Shown here one piece after another: positions 33,340-46,017 of a stretch of 64,000 bases of DNA. Both the position numbers and the translations under genes were made by a program. The stretch is taken from the NCBI RefSeq assembly GCF_000143415.4, contig NW_003314279.1:682130-746129 (forward strand), given 5' to 3'. Positions within the stretch are counted from its first letter, which is position 1. Each line of letters opens with the position of its first letter. This DNA is from Selaginella moellendorffii. Lineage: Eukaryota > Plantae > Lycopodiophyta. The notes beneath the pieces were generated by a model. The model searched no databases, was not told the origin of the DNA, and worked only from the letters and a program-made list of their open reading frames with translations.

Positions 33340-35354
33340 TCAAGCTAAAACGTCCTCCCCAGGTAGTGTTTGATAGTACGGGTCTGCTGAATCCTTGAGG
33401 TTCCTCGTTTTGTACAGGGACAATAGGAAGAAAGCGGCAGCCATCGCCAGAAAAGAGCTGCCCAGTATATAATATTGCGTGAAAATTGTTGGCGCAACCA
33501 TCACCTTCGAAAGGAAAGAATCGAGGTTAGTAAAAAACCAAAGACACAATAGTTTTTTTGGCTTACAATGACAAACTGGAAAACAGATTGGAGAATGCGA
33601 CCAGCGAGCGTGTTGAGGCTGAAGAGAAGAACGTACTCCTTGTTCGCCAGAAATCTCGCGCACTGGACGTGAACGATGCAGACGAGAATCCTGTTAATCC
33701 CCACGATGATAATGAACCCAGGATACGCGACCCAAAGAGTAGCGGTATACGGCATTGATAGGAGAAGAACTCCAATCAGCACGGAACCAGCGGTGTAGTA
33801 GGCAATGCCGGCGTCCCTGGCAACGAGCACCGAAAGTGGAATGGCGCACAATGCGGCTATGAAGTTTGTGATCTCAGTGGCCGCCATGACGTGACCGCTG
33901 TAGATGGAGGTAGAGTCGATCGCTTCAAACAGGTTGAGCATGTATGTGGAAGCCATGGCGTATCCCGCGACATCAAAAGCCCACCTGGTAAGGAAAAAAA
34001 AGAATATCAGACATCTTTTAGTTCTAACGTTTTGGTGGTTTTCAGATGATAGTGACGATCAAACAAGTAGCAGTACATACCAAATTGACAGAAGTTGCAC
34101 GAATGGATTTTCCCAGGTCTCCCTGACGACGGTCGCAAGGCCCTGATGATCGCAAGCAAGCAGAGAGAATTGGAAGCTTTTCTTCTCGAGAAAGTAGCTC
34201 GAATCAAACCTTGAGGCGACAGATCGATAGTAGCTCGAGAATTGGTGGCCTTTTGGATTTCCTGGGCGCTGCTGAGCAGTCTGAGCACTGAGAGCTCTGC
34301 GGGTCTCTGGGCAGGACGAGGCAAATCAACACGGAGAGAGCAACCTGGTCAATGGTAAAACTTATGAAAGTTCTGATTTTTAAGAGACTTCGCTCACCAT
34401 TGACATGGATATGTAGAGAAGCACGTCAATGGAGATCCCCTCGTGAATCAACGCTTGGCCTGGAACAATCAGTTAAGTCTTTTGATTTCTCGAATTTGGT
34501 TTTCTCACCGAGCTCGGAAGCACCAAAGTGCGCGATACTCGACGCTGCTTCCGTGCTGCTGGTCTGGATTCACTGAGACGGCATTAGAGACGGCAGAAAG
34601 AATTTCATTCACGTCGAGCAAAGCGCACCATAATCTGGAACTTGTTCTCGGGCACAAGCAAGAACAGATATGCCGGGAAGACAACTTCGATGCCGGCAGC
34701 CATTGATCGAAAGAGCTGCCACAAAATTCACAGGGCAGGCATTAATACATACACTCGCCAAGTTTTTGCCTGGGAACAGAAGCAAAACCTGCATCAACTG
34801 TAGCCAAAGAATCGAATCTCCCCATAGCAGCAGCGAGTACTCCACAAAGACCGCTAGAGAAGCTGGGGGGCGGGAAGAAGGCGTAAGAATCAACCAGGAA
34901 ACAAGAAAATTCTCACCAAGCATGAGAGTGCCATGATACGAGAACAAGGAACAGGCCGGAGCCGCGAGGAAGATGAAGAGAGATCGCGAATACACTCCCA
35001 CTGGCAGGATCCTGGTGCTTATCTGCACAAGAAACAGGGGTGCTAGTGCTATAAGATCGATCGATTCTCTCGGAGCTACAAGGAAAAAAAACAAAAGCTT
35101 TACTACGAGGAAAGGGACGGACAGGGACGAGCGAGAGGGGAGATTTTTTTTTTTTAAGCGTTAAAAGCAACCTCTTGATTGGTGATCCCTTTGTTGTGGA
35201 TCATGTAACGAACTTCGTAGGGGATGACTGGAGCGAAGCGCTGCGCGAATCGGTAGGCGCTGGGCAGAAGAACCGCCAGGGCGATTGGCAATCTGGCTGT
35301 TGCTGCTCGTCCTCCGTTTGGCGATGCGAGCGCCATGTCTTCTTCGTCGACCAT
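33340..35354 (-). CDS. SLC19 (reduced folate carrier/thiamine transporter) family protein, divergent copy
   Basis: Multi-TM exons 'RFAPVIPYEVRYM..KGITNQE|I..RILPV.VYS', 'WLQLMQ' and 'YSGHV.A', co-linear with the 54518 copy. Confidence 0.75.
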
Positions 35355-35469
35355 GGCGCGACGCGACGCGATGGGAAAGAAAAAATCGAGGAAGTGTGGG
35401 CGCGCTACTAAATTACTAACAAGCAAAGGTCTTAAATATTTGGTCCACGGCGGGGATTCTCAACTATAG

Positions 35470-35640
35470 TCCGACGTGGCCACTACGGTACCGAGGTGGC
35501 GGTCCCGAGCCGCCTTTATCCTTCATATCATCGGGACGATTCCGTAGATTAGCGGATGGAAAGCCGGGAATATGTCATGTCCATGTGGCACGTGCCCGGC
35601 ACACGCCAGCATGCGCTGCCGTGTGCCAACGTGGCGCCAA
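35470..35640. promoter_or_regulatory. G-box/ABRE cluster upstream of the SLC19 gene
   Basis: ACGTGGC at ~35474 and ~35629, CACGTG at ~35589. Confidence 0.4.
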
Positions 35641-35839
35641 AATGGAAAGTTTGTATTGGTGAAGGCACGGTTGGAATCGCCTTAGTTTAGATTTGTGAAG
35701 AAGTTTTTCCTTGTGTGGGAGAGGTGGCAATCGATCAAGGGATGCAGAGGTGGTAACAGTGCACAATGACCACAACTTGAGGTGGGTGACCATGAAGGTT
35801 TGATTGCACTTAGTATTTCAAACATATTTTGTGATCCCC

Positions 35840-36290
35840 ATGTTTATAATTCATGAACTTTTCTAAACACTTCCTAGTATATTCAAGTTTATTCTACCAT
35901 TTAATGGTTTATATACATAAGATTGATTTTATGTTTATAAATTACATTTTTTTAAATAATTTTTATAACTTATACTCCAACACTGTAAAGTAGAGTTAGA
36001 CTGAAATCTTACTTAATATAAGCATGTTATTTAATTATATAGAAATATAATATTACATGGTTACATAAATAATTTATTATGGAAGTCATTAATCAAATGT
36101 AAATTAAACCTCTTACCAAACTCCATTTTGGCATATGATCATTTTTTCTCTTACACTTAAAATATAGATATTCTTTATGAAAAGTGTTCAAATATGTATA
36201 AAATTTTAATACATTTACTTCTCATCATCATAGGAATTTAAGAATAATTTTTTATTAAAGAATGATTACCAAATTGTATTTTATATATAT
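35840..36290 (+). repeat. Left arm of imperfect long inverted repeat (foldback/MITE-like)
   Basis: atgtttataattcatgaacttttctaaacactt...tttataacttatactccaacactgtaaagta and ctcttaccaaa..attttggcatat match the reverse complement of 42040-42356. Confidence 0.7.
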
Positions 36291-36291
36291 A

Positions 36292-36466
36292 TGTGAGGGC
36301 CAAGTGTACGGCTACGATGCCGTATACTAATATTAGCGTAGTGGGATTTTCGTAACCGTTGGATTAGTTTCAATCTGGACCACTCGCTCTTGTATATAAG
36401 CTAGGGTTTTTAGGCTAATTGATATGCACATTTCTGTATTCCCTTTTCATATTCCATGCACTCACA
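36292..36466 (+). repeat. 5' LTR (175 bp)
   Basis: tgtgagggcc...cactcaca, a direct repeat of 41129-41302. Confidence 0.95.
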
Positions 36467-36467
36467 T

Positions 36468-36485
36468 TGGTGGAGGTGAGGGGCA
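36468..36485 (+). other. Primer-binding site complementary to the tRNA-Ala 3' end
   Basis: TGGTGGAGGTGAGGGGCA 1 nt after the LTR, similar to the complement of the tRNA-Ala 3' end (...CCCCGCATCTCCACCA). Confidence 0.75.
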
Positions 36486-36699
36486 CCTTTGATTGTCCCT
36501 AGGGAGTGCTTAGATTTGGGATTTCAATTTAGATCTAGCTTTTGCATTGTTTAGATCTAGCTTTTTCCATTTCCTTTCTTTTGTTCTTTCCTTTTAGGAT
36601 TTTGGTTTAGATCTAGCTTTTTGCATTGTCTAGATCTACCATTTCCTTCTAGCTTTTTGTCGTTTCTCTTCTTTTGCTCTTTCTTTTTCATTCGTCTCT

Positions 36700-37632
36700 A
36701 TGGCAGATCAGCAATCTCCTCCTTTAACTTTGGAGTAGCAATTGGTACAATTGCTTGATGCTATGTGTTTGCAATTGAACAACCAAACTCAGTTGATGGT
36801 GGTGTTCATAGCACATGGTACAACTCGTCCTACTCTTGGTGCCAATCCTTGCATTCGGCCGGAGTTCTTTCGTGGGAATCCTAGGGATGATGTGTACCAT
36901 TGGTTTGATCACTTTACGGTGATTGCCACATATCATTCTTGGGATGATGTTCGACATTTGCGTGAGTTTCCCATGTGTCTCCAAGGGATGGCATTGCAGT
37001 GGTACAATGGTTTGGGAGCAACCACTCGTGAGGATTGGAGTGTTCTTTCGGATGTTTTCAAACGCGCCTTCGGACATGCCGATGACTATGATGATGCTTT
37101 CAAACAATTGCATCGTCTTCACCAAGGGCCATCTGAGTCGATGATGCAATTTGGTGTTCGTTTTCGAAGTCTTTTGCTTCTTGTGGAGCCAAATGTGTCG
37201 GAGCGGATCAAGCTAGGAATGTTGTGGCCAACACTTCGTCAAGATCTTGTCGGACTTGTACATGCACTTGCTCCTGCCACCCTTGACGATGCTCTTCACT
37301 TGGCACAACGTTATAAGATGTCGCCTCTTCCACTTCTCGCTGCACGTCCTTCAGCTCCACTTCCTGTGGGTGATGGTCCTGTTCCAATGGAGGTTGATGC
37401 TGTTGCTGCTCGAGTCCAAGTTCAACGGCGAGGACGTGGTCGTGGCCGTGATGTTTGTTGCTGGGCTTGTGATGAAGTTAGTCATACTTATTGGTGTTGT
37501 CTGCATTTTCCGGATTGGCGACCTCCATTTCCTGGGTGGAGACCTTGGCGTTAGCAACGTCCCGTTGGTGCTGCTGCAATGGAAGGTTTGGACACCGAGA
37601 TGCATCCGGGAAACGAGGAGTCATGCGAGTAA
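36700..37632 (+). pseudogene. gag: Retrotransposon gag with two premature TAG stops
   Basis: ATG 36700, TAG at 36736 and 37552. Motifs 'LQGMALQWY', 'LHQG..ES', 'PVPMEVD' and a degenerate C-x2-C-x4-H-x4-C knuckle. Confidence 0.85.
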
Positions 37633-40600
37633 CGGAGGGACCTTGCGCGAATAAGTCAGTGACCCCTTCATCTTTCTTTCGGGAGTATCATCAAGGGGTT
37701 CACTCGGCACCAGTTCATCCAGTGTTTACTTTCCAAGCTCGTCTTTATAACAAGAGGTCTCCTATTATTCTCTCCGTATTGGTTGATACAGGTTCGAGTT
37801 TATCTTCTATTGCTTGACCTATTGCCACACGTTGTCGTCTACACTTGCGTCGTGCGGCAAAACCAATTTTCATTCTTTATGGCAACGGTCATACACATGC
37901 ATCTGCACGGGATGAGGCAAACTTGGTTATGCATGTGGGCGATCCCGAGCTTGAGTTGCAGTCGTTGCGGGTGGTGCCGAGTCAAGCTTTTGACCTCATT
38001 CTTGGTATGGATTGGTTGCAGCACAATCATGCCAAGTGTGACTTTGAGGCTTCTCCCCCTTGTCTCATACTTCCTTATGTTTCATCCATTCCTCTCACTT
38101 CCGTACCTCTTCATCCCTCTACTTCTACCTCTACTTCCATTACTTTTGTTTCCCCACTATTTCTTCCTGTGTTTCCATCTTGTTCTGCTCTTCCCTTTTC
38201 CGATCCCTCCGACGATCTTTGTGTTGCAGCAGTTGACCGGCTCATGAAGGAGTATTCTGATCTCTTTGAATTTGACCTATCGTCTGGGGCCAAGATTGCC
38301 ACACGTCATCCGATTCCAACCGGGGATGCTCGTCCAATCAAGGTTCCTGTTCGTCGTCGGTCACCTAAGGAGATCAAGATTTTACGAGCCAACGTCAAGG
38401 AAATGCTGGAGAAGGGTGTTATTCGGAAGTCGCGGAGTCCTTGGGCATGTGAACCTCATCTTGTGACGAAGCCTGATGGGAGTATTCGTTTCTGCATCGA
38501 CTATCGCCCGTTAAACGAAGTGACGATCCCAGATGTGTATCCTCTTCCTCACACTGCTGATCTCTTAGATCGTCTGGGGCGAAGTCGTTGGTTCACCAAG
38601 CTAGATCTTGCTTCTGGGTATTGGCAAGTACCGATGGCCGAAGAAGATATTCCTAAGACTGCTTTTCGTACACCATTTGGTTTGTACGAGTTCTTGGTGA
38701 TGCCGTTTGGTTTGAACAATGCTCCCACAACTTTCCAGCGGATGATGGACGAGGTTCTTTGCGATATGCCGGAAGTGACTGCTGACTTCATTGATGATGT
38801 CTTGATCCACTCGGAGGGGACGTGGGAGGAGCACGTTCGTGATGTTTGTAAAGTGTTGGATCGGCTACGTGATGTTGGTTTAAAGCTGAAGTGGTCAAAG
38901 TGCGTGTTTGGGTCCAAGAACACAACTTATCTTGGGTACCGTATTTCTCGTGAGGGTTTGCAAGTTGATCCTGACAAACTTGTGGCTGTTCTAAAGTTCC
39001 CTACTCCGAAATGTGTGAATGATGTGCAGCGCTTTTTGGGTAAGGTGCAGTATCTCGGTCGTTTTGTGGATCATCTTTCCGATCGCACTACACCATTGCG
39101 AGCGTTGCTGAAGTCATCAACGTCATCTTTCATCTGGTCTCCGGATTGTGAGCGGGCGTTCGTGGATCTCAAAGAGCTATTGACGACTCCTCCGGTTTTG
39201 GCATATCCTGACTACACTCGACCTTTTATTTTGCGCGTGGATGCTTCTGACATTGGTCTTGGAGGTGTGTTGATGCAAGAGAGATCGAGTGTGCCTGGTC
39301 AGCGCCATCCCATTGCATACATAAGCCGTACATTACAACCAGCGGAGATGAACTACTCCACGACGGAGAAGGAGTGTTTAGCAGCAGTCTGGGGTTTCGA
39401 GAAACTTCATGCATATCTACATGGTTCTCGGACGTTACTTGAAGGTGACCATGCTGCTGTTACTTCATTATTGAAGCGGAAGAACCTGGTTGGTCGTACG
39501 GCTCAATGGGCTTTGAAGCTTCAGATATATGATTTCGATGTTGTTCATCGCCCAGGGAGTTCTATGGCTGATGCTGATGCCCTTTCTCGAGCGCCTCTTC
39601 CTTCTCCACTCACTTCTCATGTTTCTGACGAACCTGTTGTTCCAGCGTCTGTGGATTTTCTAGATGAGGATTCTGTGCCGTCGGCGGTTGCTGTCCTTGA
39701 CGTTCAGTGTCCACAGGGCGCAGAGCAAGATCTACCTTCTCTTGATGAGGTTCGCGAGGCTCAAAAGATTGAGCCGTGGATTCGAAGGCTTCGAGATGGG
39801 TTTGAGAATCCTGCATCACTTGCTGATGACTTGCCTTTCCGGCATTTACATTCTCAATATCGCCTTGAAGATGGCCTTCTTTATTTTGTGGGGACGGATC
39901 CTGATGATCATTTACGGTTGGTGGTGCCCTCGGTGTTTATTCCGCGGTTTCTCCATGCCTACCATGATTCTCCTGTTCTAGGTGGGCATATGGGACACCG
40001 TCGTGTCACCGAGAAGCTGCGCAGGTCTTTCTATTGGCCGGAGATGCGACGTGATATTATCCGGTATGTGCGTAGCTGCGTTTGGTGCCAAGCTCGTAAT
40101 ACTCCCCCTTGTGCTGCGGAAGGACGGTTGGAGTCAATTGCAGTTTCCCGTCCGTTTGAGTTGGTGGCATTTGATCTTATGGGACCTTTTCCACGATCGA
40201 CTGCTGGCAATGAGTATGTTATTATTGCTTCTGACTACTTGACTCGTTGGGTGGAAGTTGGTGCTCTTGCTAGCGCCTCTGCAACTGCTGTTGGATACTT
40301 CCTCCTCAATCGAGTGGTGTTCCAGCATTCTTGTCCAGAGCGGATTCTTTCGGATAATGGTCCTGCATTTATGGCTGAGGTATTTCATGTTTTGACATCT
40401 CGGTTGGGGATACGCCACACTTTTACGAGTGCTTATCATCCACAATCAGACGGTTTGGTGGAATGGCTCGTTCGGACATTCAAAGGGATGATTGCGAAGT
40501 ATGTGAACTTTCAGCATTTGGATTGGGATGGTTATTTGCCGTCTCTTCGGTATGCCTATGTCACAGGGGTGCAGAGTTCTGTTGGTGCTTCACCATATAA

Positions 40601-41096
40601 ACTTCTATATGGTCATGATCCAATATTACCAACAGAGCTGGGTTTACCTTCGCGATTGCCACGAGCTCCTGATGCTAGGTCATGGGATCAGTATTTGACA
40701 AGCATTCTTCCACTTGTCCGAGCAGAGTCTGCCGAACACTTAGGCCGCGTACAAGTGGGACAACAACGGCGCTACAACTCCCATCATCGTCCACCTGCGG
40801 AGTACAAAGTGGATGATTTGGTGTTAGTCCGTTTTCCCCATCTTATGGTACGTGGTTTATCTAAGGGGCTCCTTGCGCAGTGGAAAGGACCGTATCGGGT
40901 GTTGCGGCAAGTTGGACCGCAAGTTTATGAGGTTCGGCATGACGTTCAGCAGGCCGATCCTCCGGAGATTGTGCATGTGCAGCGGTTAAAACGCTTCATA
41001 CAAAGGGATCAGGAGCAGTTAATACCGTCTATAGATCCGCTGATGCCTCCTCCTGACGTTCCTCCAGATCCCGGCCCATCTACAAGAGAACCCTGA
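37608..41096 (+). pseudogene. pol: Retrotransposon pol (PR-RT-RNaseH-integrase) in the -1 frame, one premature TGA
   Basis: LVDTGS protease, then TGA 37815. RT 'MPFGL..AP..FQ' and 'FIDDV', RNase H 'VDAS', HHCC and D,D(35)E integrase, 'WKGPY'. Confidence 0.93.
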
Positions 41097-41128
41097 CGGC
41101 CTTCCATTATTCCGAGAGGAGGGGATGA

Positions 41129-41298
41129 TGTGAGGGCCAAGTGTACAGCTACGATGCCGTATACTAATATTAGCGTAGTGGATTTTGGTAGCCGTCGGAT
41201 TGGTTTCAATCCGGACCACTCGCTCCTGTATATAAGATAGGGTTTTTGGGTTAATTGATATGCACATTTCTGTATCCCCTTTCCATATTCTAGGCACT

Positions 41299-41302
<4 letters not shown>
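41129..41302 (+). repeat. 3' LTR (174 bp), preceded by polypurine tract 41114-41128
   Basis: gagaggaggggatga followed by tgtgagggcc...cactcaca. Confidence 0.95.
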
Positions 41303-41867
<565 letters not shown>

Positions 41868-41869
41868 TA

Positions 41870-42356
41870 TATTACTTATATTATTATATTATTATTTTGT
41901 AATTAAATTCTTAAATCTCATTTATTTTAAAAAAATATTTTATATGAAGTTGAATAAATATTTTAAGCATAAAGATAAACCATACTAATATATATATATA
42001 TTGAATATATATTTTATATTTAATACACACATAGACACATTGAATATATGCCAAAATAAAATTTTAGTAAGAGTTCTAAAAACTTTATGGTTTTGTATTA
42101 TATTTTCTAGTGAACTCTGTAAAAAATCTTGCAACTACTGTTTTTGTGTAATTAAATATTTTTTATAGTAACCATATCGTAAATGATTATAATTCAATTG
42201 TACTTTTTTATACTTTAAAGTGTTAGAGCATAAGTTATAAAATTCATTTTATAAAAAGTGTGCATGATTGTGTTTACATAAAAAATATATAATTTTACCA
42301 TTAGTTTAAAGAATAAACTAAAAAGTGTTTAGGAAAGTTTATGAGTTATAAACATA
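41870..42356 (-). repeat. Right arm of imperfect long inverted repeat
   Basis: Reverse complement aligns with 35840-36290. Confidence 0.7.
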
Positions 42357-42800
42357 TTTAAAAATTATAATACATAATTAATTTAAATAAATAGCAAATT
42401 ATGAGTATGTAGTAAAAATAACATGCTGAAGGCAGATCTCATAATAAGTATTTAGAGCTTCAATATAAAGATGGTGTGAGTGTAGGGGAATTTACCTTGC
42501 AGTTTTGGAATTTAGATATGTAAGCCATCATTTATATGTAAGGCCCCAATCCCTGGATACACACTCGTTTGTAGAAGACCTCCCAGAGTAAATTCAGCTG
42601 TGTGTGCAATTGGAACTGAATCAAACCAATAATGTAATGAAACTTATCTAGAGCAGCTAGAGATACATACTTGGCTATTATATATATACGTGGCGGAAGT
42701 AATCAAATTGTGACCCACAAGTGTCAGTCAGGAGCTGCTTCTAAAGTCCCCGGTAGGTCTTTTTTTTGTTATTCCTCGTTTTTGTGCTCCATTCGTCTCA

Positions 42801-45800
42801 ATGGAAGATAGACAGGCCGCGGCTTTGCGCAGGTTACAGGTGCTCTCGCCGGGATTCCTCCCCGACGTTGGTCTGTCGGGTGGAAGTCTGAGACAAGCTC
42901 CCTGCTCTTCCTCTCCATCCAAGCAGGAAGATAGCAGCGATCTTGTCTCCGTGCCGCCGCATTTGTTTCGGGACGCTCCAGTCTCATCAAGAAGTCAGGT
43001 AAGCTGCCGAGAGCCACAAAGAACAACTTGAAAAGCCTGTGGATCGATCTGTGTAGTATGAATCACTTTACTCCCAATCCCTGGGAGATCCCGACGGGTT
43101 TTGGGGGGGAGAAGCAAAGTGTTTGTTTTGGAAGAATCCATGGGACGCTGACCGTCCCGTCTGTGCTTACAACTTCGACAAACGCAAAGGGCCCATCTTT
43201 GTGGAGGTATTGCGTGACTCTTTTCTCTTTTCGTTTCTGTGTGGCCTTAGTGCTGATGAAATGCAGTGGTTCCGAGGAGGCTATACGAATGTTTGCTTCA
43301 ACGCCATCGATCGACACGTTGACTCTGGAAGAGGAAACCAGGTCGCTGTTTTGTGGGAGGGAAACGATCCCAGATTCAATGCCCGCATCACTTACAGTGA
43401 ATTGCTTAGATACGTTTGTCAGGTTCGCGAAAAGCACTTGTGTTTTTGTTCACTCTTGCTCGAGTGATTTATTTTTTTCTACCAGGTTGCAAACTTGCTG
43501 CGCTCGCGAGGAGTAAAGAAAGGTGACCGGGTCTGCATTTATATGCCCATGATCTTGGAACTTCCCGTGGCGATGCTCGCCTGTGCTCGCATTGGTGCTA
43601 TTCATTCCGTAAGTCACAGGTTTTGGTTTTCTTGTTTGTTCTGTCCTTGTCTTTTCAAATAGATCGTAAAAAAAATGCTTGCTTTCTCCTTCTTCAGGTT
43701 GTCTTTGCTGGATTCTCCGCCGAGGCGCTTTCAGGCCGAATCCTTGACTGCCAGTCGCAAGTAGTGCTAACTTGCTCGGCGGTTCGAAGAGGAGACAAGA
43801 TGCTCCTACTCAAGGAAATAGTGGACGAAGCTTTGCAGCTGTGCTCGCAAAGATCAGGATTCTCCGTTGGTACGTTGATCCTTTCTCTTTCGATTACAAA
43901 AGCGAAACGTCCTGTTCTACAGAGACGTGCGTAGTCTATGATAACGAGACTGCAGTACCGCGCAAGAATGTAGCTTGGCAAGCTCGAGACATTTGGTGGC
44001 AGGTACTAAAAAACCACCATCGTTTTTTAAGAAAACTTCTCCCTCAAATCCAAACAGGACGCGGTGAGGGAGTGTAGCACAAGTGCAGAAGTAGAATGGA
44101 TGGAATCAGAGGAGCCATTGTTTATGCTCTACACAAGTGGTTCTACAGGAAAGCCAAAGGTAAGAAAGTGTGTGATTTTTCTTTTCTCACACCATTCTAA
44201 ATGCCTCGAAACAAAACCAGGGTGTTCTTCACACTGTTGGAGGCTACATGGTGTACGCTTCCACGACTTTCAAGTACTGCTTTGCTCCGCGCAAGGAAGA
44301 TGTTTTCTGGTGATTTTTCTCGTCATGGTTCCACCAGCGCGACAACTCCTCTAAGAACTTCTTCGCAGGTGTACTGCCGACTGTGGATGGATAACGGGCC
44401 ACACATACGTCGTGTATGGGCCCTTGCTGAATGGTACAACCTCTCTAGTCTACGAAGGGGTATTTAGTCCTTGCTTTCTCTTTTAGACTTTTTCTCAAAC
44501 TTTTTCTTTTTTTCCTGCGATTCAAGGTCCCGGCCTGGCCTCATCCGGGTCGCTGCTGGGAAATAGTAGACAAGTACAAAGTCACCGCATTCTATACCGC
44601 ACCGACGCTCATTCGATCCTTGCAGGCGTACGATAAAGAGGTAAAGCACTTGCATCTCACCTATTATTGATTCCTGACTTTGCGTCTCGTGTCAGCATGT
44701 CAAGAAATTCTCGCGGTCCACCCTTCGGCTGCTAGCCACGGCCGGAGAGCCAATCAATCCAAAAGCTTGGAACTGGTACTTCGACGTGGTTGGCGATAGA
44801 AGATGTCCGATCTTAGATACATGGTGGCAAACGGAGACAGGCGGAGTTATGCTCACGCCTCTACCCGGTGCGTGGCCTTTGAAACCAGGATCGGCAACTC
44901 TTCCTTTCTTTGGAGTGGAGGTAAAGTTCTTCGAGTAGTGTGATCTTCGAGCTAAAATACTAAGTTTCTTGTTTCTGTTCTTCCTTGATGCAGCCAGTAG
45001 TTTTGGATCAACAAGGCAAGGAGCTGAAGGGCCCTTGCGAGGGCTACCTGTGTATACGGCGTCCGTGGCCAGGAATCGCCCGGACGATTTACGGTGACCA
45101 CAAGAGATACGAGGAGACGTACTTTAGCACCTGGCTGAGTTACTACAACACCGGAGACGGGTGCCGGCGTGATGAAAATGGCTACATTACTATCACGGGA
45201 CGCGTTGATGATGTTATCAATGTCAGGTAATCGGATTCTACGCCAGAGCTTTCCAGGGAACAAGCGAAGATATGTATGTGATGTTTTTTGTTTTGGATTT
45301 CTATCAGTGGTCACAGAATAAGTACCTCAGAGGTGGAAGCTGCTCTGGCTTCTCATCCCGGATGTGCTGAAGTTGCTGTGGTGGGATTTCCACACGAGGT
45401 GAGATGCCACGGCGATCGAGCGAGAATTGATTATTAGATTGCTTTTGTTGCAGGTGAAGGGAGAGGGAATCTACGCCTATATCATCCAGATGGACGGGCA
45501 TACAGACAGAGGCGAGCTGATCAAGGCCTTGAAAGTTCTAGCCAGAAAAGAGGTATACTTCTTAGTCTACTGTGATGAAAGTTTCGATTTTGTCCTTCCG
45601 TTGCTCCGTAGATTGGAGGATTTGCTGTTCCGGACGTGCTACATTTCGTTCCGGGACTCCCCAAGACGCGAAGTGGGAAAGTCATGCGAAACATTCTTCG
45701 TAAAATCGCCTCGAACAGAACTGACCTGGTATGTAAACAATGCATTGAGGTAGATCATATGAGCTTTCGTTCGTTTTTGCTGCAGGGCGACACAAGTACG

Positions 45801-45848
45801 CTGGCTGACCCGGCTGTAGTTTCAAAAATTATTAGCTCCAAGATGTAA
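42801..45848 (+). CDS. ACS: Acetyl-CoA synthetase (AMP-forming), C-terminal SKM, multi-exon
   Basis: '[17 protein letters not shown]', '[10 protein letters not shown]|G', '[11 protein letters not shown]', '[10 protein letters not shown]', 'GRVDDVINV' and '[11 protein letters not shown]'. Confidence 0.95.
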
Positions 45849-46017
45849 AACAAAGAACACCAATGTGAAGTGATACCATTTTCCATCCATTTGTTTGTGA
45901 TAAGGAACTTATCTTCGCCAAAACAGGATTTTGAAGCGTCGTAGGGCTCTTGCACAGTGGAACGAGGTAAAACTCCGAACTTCTTCTCGCAATGCTCCAA
46001 TCTTCGCGGTCCCAGCC

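Larger units (their letters stand above)
36292..41302 (+). mobile_element. Ty3/Gypsy LTR retrotransposon, full length but defective, non-chromovirus
   Basis: TG...CA LTRs at 36292-36466 and 41129-41302, PBS, PPT, and gag-PR-RT-RH-INT order ending in a GPY motif with no chromodomain. Confidence 0.96.

Noticed and set aside
36527-36645. Four copies of tagatctag/c resembling a repeat array
   Set aside because: Ordinary tandem repeats in the retroelement 5'UTR, not CRISPR-like.
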